From: Leucoraja ocellata
Taxonomy: Eukaryota
Reading direction: 5' to 3'
NCBI GenBank assembly: GCA_036785375.1
Contig: JAWMAR010000106.1
Span: 1,240,001-1,304,000, forward strand
Length of the DNA stretch: 64,000 nucleotides
The notes below the pieces were generated by a model. It searched no databases, had not been told where the DNA came from, and saw nothing but the letters and a program-made list of their open reading frames with translations. This document shows, piece after piece, positions 63,294-64,000 of this stretch; position 1 is the stretch's first letter; the number at the start of each line of letters is the position of its first letter. The position numbers and the translations under genes are program-made.

Positions 63294-63725
63294 CAGGTCC
63301 ACCGCTGGTTTTCCAGCAACTGCTGGTCTGAAACCTCCTTAAATCCGGACAAAATTACCAGAGCGCACTTGAAATTCCCCCTGGATGTCTCCCCCCCCCC
63401 CCCCCCCCCCCAAAAATGTGTTGCCTATGCTGGGCGAGGAGGCCGATCTCGACCTCATTGGGACATCCGCGGCCGATCGGCGGGTAGAATAGGCCCGCTA
63501 GTGTCCGGAACTCTATCCCAGTCGGAGCCGGCAGAGCCGTTCCCATTGCCAACTTCCGAGGCTGACTTTGTGTGCCGACATCTCGGCCCCCTGGCGGCCT
63601 AGGCGGAAGGTTCCGGTACTGTTGCACTCCTCCTGGAGGTGGTGACATCTGGTGGTCTAGCAACATGGATAACTAGAAAGGATAACCCTGGAAACAAGGG
63701 TGCCGGAAGATCGATGGTGGACCTG
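63294..63725. mobile_element. pogo/Tigger-like MITE with TA TSD
   Basis: TA|CAGGTCCACCGCTGGTTTTCCAGCA ... TGCCGGAAGATCGATGGTGGACCTG|TA. Confidence 0.8.
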
Positions 63726-64000
63726 TATGTTGTTGATTACATTCAGAAGATGCAATACATTTGCTTTTTCTTTATAGCGAGTGACCTTTGACAAATCCCA
63801 GGATTCCTTGCGTTTTTCGGAATACCGAACTCGCTTATTGGACTCGGTTTCCTAGCTGATGTTTGCAGATGAGCTGTTTAAGTCTTTCACTCCCTGTGTT
63901 GCTCCTTCCAAAAGGATTGCTGAGGCTTTTAATCTTACAGATTCCGATCCAAGCCCCGATCAAGGAATGATTGATGACACACTTGGCTCTGAGAACCTTT

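Overview
Vertebrate nuclear DNA from a cartilaginous fish, probably a skate or ray, judged from HE1/V-SINE-type tRNA SINEs, elasmobranch-type CR1 LINEs and Penelope-derived repeats. It holds the gene trio known from human 9q34.3 in the same relative orientation. (1) The last 7 coding exons of DPH7/WDR85 (+, 3501-9885). (2) MRPL41 (-, single coding exon 14317-14724, probable non-coding exon 1 in the CpG island at about 18.9 kb). (3) The first 13 identifiable coding exons of PNPLA7 (+, ATG 19362 to 63239, continuing past the window), head-to-head with MRPL41 on a shared CpG-island promoter. All exon borders were read by hand, and the phases join into open frames. Most long ORFs in the supplied track are repeat artefacts. 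Introns are dense with nested mobile elements: CR1, V-SINEs, Penelope-like pieces, Tc1/pogo/PIF/hAT-type MITEs, RTE/RTE-X remnants, and the 5' end of a young, probably DIRS-like element whose ORF the track missed. I found no clearly new multi-gene system. The best leads are a high-copy non-autonomous Penelope-derived family carrying minimal hammerhead-ribozyme motifs, often as fold-backs with target-site duplications and as seeds of minisatellites; two long intronic inverted repeats in PNPLA7; a probable GC-AG intron in DPH7; and a GC-box VNTR in the bidirectional promoter. Repeat family names come from recalled motifs, not database searches.
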